Positions 62,363-64,000 of a stretch of DNA of 64,000 nucleotides are shown one piece after another. The stretch is taken from assembly GCF_001194135.2 (NCBI RefSeq), contig NC_068985.1, positions 79,583,819 to 79,647,818 on the forward strand, in the 5' to 3' direction. The first letter of the stretch is position 1. Each line of letters begins with the position of its first letter. The position numbers and the translations under genes were made by a program. This DNA is from Octopus bimaculoides (lineage: Eukaryota). A model generated the notes under the pieces. That model did no database searches, was not told where the DNA came from, and saw only the letters and a program-made list of their open reading frames with translations.

Positions 62363-62677
62363 CTATGCAGCATGTTCAAGGTGTGTTAAAATCAATTCAT
62401 CTATCCACTGTGGTAATTTTTCTATCCAAGGTAATGGTTTTTGAGAAGTTTTCGTTAAACAATACGCAACTGACAGCCAATGATTTTCAGAGCACATATA
62501 CACTTCTCCAAGTCCAGTAACAAGAAAAACGCCACCCGCCGATTTCATTTTTTCTGGAAGATTCAGGTTAAGAGAAATGAACTGCCTAATATAACGTGGA
62601 GCATTCTCGGTAAGACGCATGAATGCCATCTTTGTGTTTTCGAGAATCCGTACATATTGCAGCAATCGATTGTATCT
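62363..62677 (-). CDS. candidate terminal coding exon of an unidentified protein (104 codons)
   Basis: Pyrimidine-rich acceptor TTTCGTTTTCTTATTAAG|AGA, then a non-repetitive open frame RYNRLLQYVRIL...HWLSVAYC...WIDELILTHLEHAA*. AATAAA on the minus strand near 61991 and 62020. No family recognised. Confidence 0.4.
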   Translation of the reverse strand, partial: RYNRLLQYVRILENTKMAFMRLTENAPRYIRQFISLNLNLPEKMKSAGGVFLVTGLGEVYMCSENHWLSVAYCLTKTSQKPLPWIEKLPQWIDELILTHLEHAA

Positions 62678-63584
62678 CTTAATAAGAAAACGAAACATTC
62701 ATTTTACTGCCATCAACAGAGCTACCTTTTAGCTAATTTTAACTTAATAATCATTAATTTCCATAACTTTTTGTGAAATACTAAACTTCAGTAAAATTTC
62801 TAAGTAAAACAAAGAGACTTTTCCCATATTGCGCCCTTATTTGTCAGCTGTGCAACAGTCGCTACTATACCTAACAAACTCTACATTATATAGAAGTCAC
62901 CATACTTCTCCTTCCACCAAATACCTTAATCTGACTTATAACAATAATGGAATTTACACTAAATGCATTAAAAATTAACCGATTTGGAAGTTGTAGATGC
63001 CTCACCATTTGGCAGTAGTACACCCAAACGATTAGAGGTGTATTTTGCACCTGTGAAACCATAAGTAATGAATATATAATTGACAAAATCTTAAAATATA
63101 TGTACATACATAAACGCACACATTGGGCTGAGGGAAAATAGCTTGAGCGAAAGTTCTGTGTGTTGTATATAATATACATACGATGTCACATATATTATAA
63201 AATAAGTGGAAAAGAACATCAATAAAACTGAGGTTATCTGTGAAATTTGAAGACAAAATCGCCTTTAGTTGTACTGAAATTTAAGTACAACAAACGAGGA
63301 ATTTTTCAATATCAGCTGAAAAGATTATTGGTAACTTAAGATAATTCATTTAGGAAGAGACCTTGCATTTGTATCCAAACAGTGAAACAAAGTAATGAAC
63401 ACGTTCCGACCATGTTAGTTCTCATCAGCTGATGTACATTCCTATTGCTTACATTTCAATCTCACTCAAGGGATACCTGAGAAATTTTCCCTGCTAATAT
63501 TTTCACTTGCGTTATTGCACATTCATGCATTTTATATATATAAACATATATGTATATATGTCTGTATGTACGTATATATGCATG

Positions 63585-63665
<81 letters not shown>

Positions 63666-63685
63666 AATGTATGTTGTTATTGTTG

Positions 63686-64000
63686 TTGTTGGCACTCCGT
63701 CGCTTACGACGTCGAGGGTTCCAGTTGATCCGATCAACGGAACAGCCTGCTCGTGAAATTAACGTGCAAGTGGGTGAGCACTCCACAGACACGTGTACCC
63801 TTAACGTAGTTCTCGAGAATATTCAGCGTGAGACAGTGTGACAAGGCTGACCCTTTCAATTACAGGCACAACAGAAACAGGAAGTAAGAGTGAAAGAAAG
63901 TTGTGGTGAAAGAGTACAGCAGGGTTCGCCACCATCCCCTGCCGGAGCCTCGTGGAGCTTTAGTTGTTTTCTCTCAATAAACACTCACAACGCCCGGTCT
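63686..64000 (-). mobile_element. SINE family E, inverted copy (runs off the window)
   Basis: Reverse complement of 61459-61768 with about 10 substitutions and one small indel; (CAA)n-like tail at 63673-63690. Confidence 0.95.

Overview
Eukaryotic, AT-rich, repeat-saturated window from a draft assembly, with nine N-gaps totalling about 3.3 kb, most of them at microsatellites. The repeat content (tRNA-headed SINEs, very dense TA/CA/TAA/TACA microsatellites, R4/Dong-like and Penelope-like retroelements) suggests an octopus-like cephalopod; this is inference. No host gene can be named, and I see no rRNA, true tRNA or CRISPR array. Most long ORFs in the track are microsatellite or N-gap artefacts, or transposon fragments. 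Recognisable content: about eight degenerate R4/Dong-like RLE non-LTR fragments, one Penelope-like GIY-YIG fragment, and single CR1-like, RTE-like and Tx1/L1-like relics. There is also a full-length dead mariner with intact TIRs, several other Tc1/mariner fragments, Helitron-like ends, a MITE and at least four SINE-like families. Most worth following up: (1) several hammerhead-ribozyme-like motifs with unusual cores; (2) strand-polarised stacking of Dong-like LINEs and SINEs in shared TAA/ATT tracts, with a possible TACA-tailed subfamily; (3) a 104-codon orphan candidate exon bracketed by a roughly 96% identical inverted SINE pair; (4) several near-perfect DNA palindromes.
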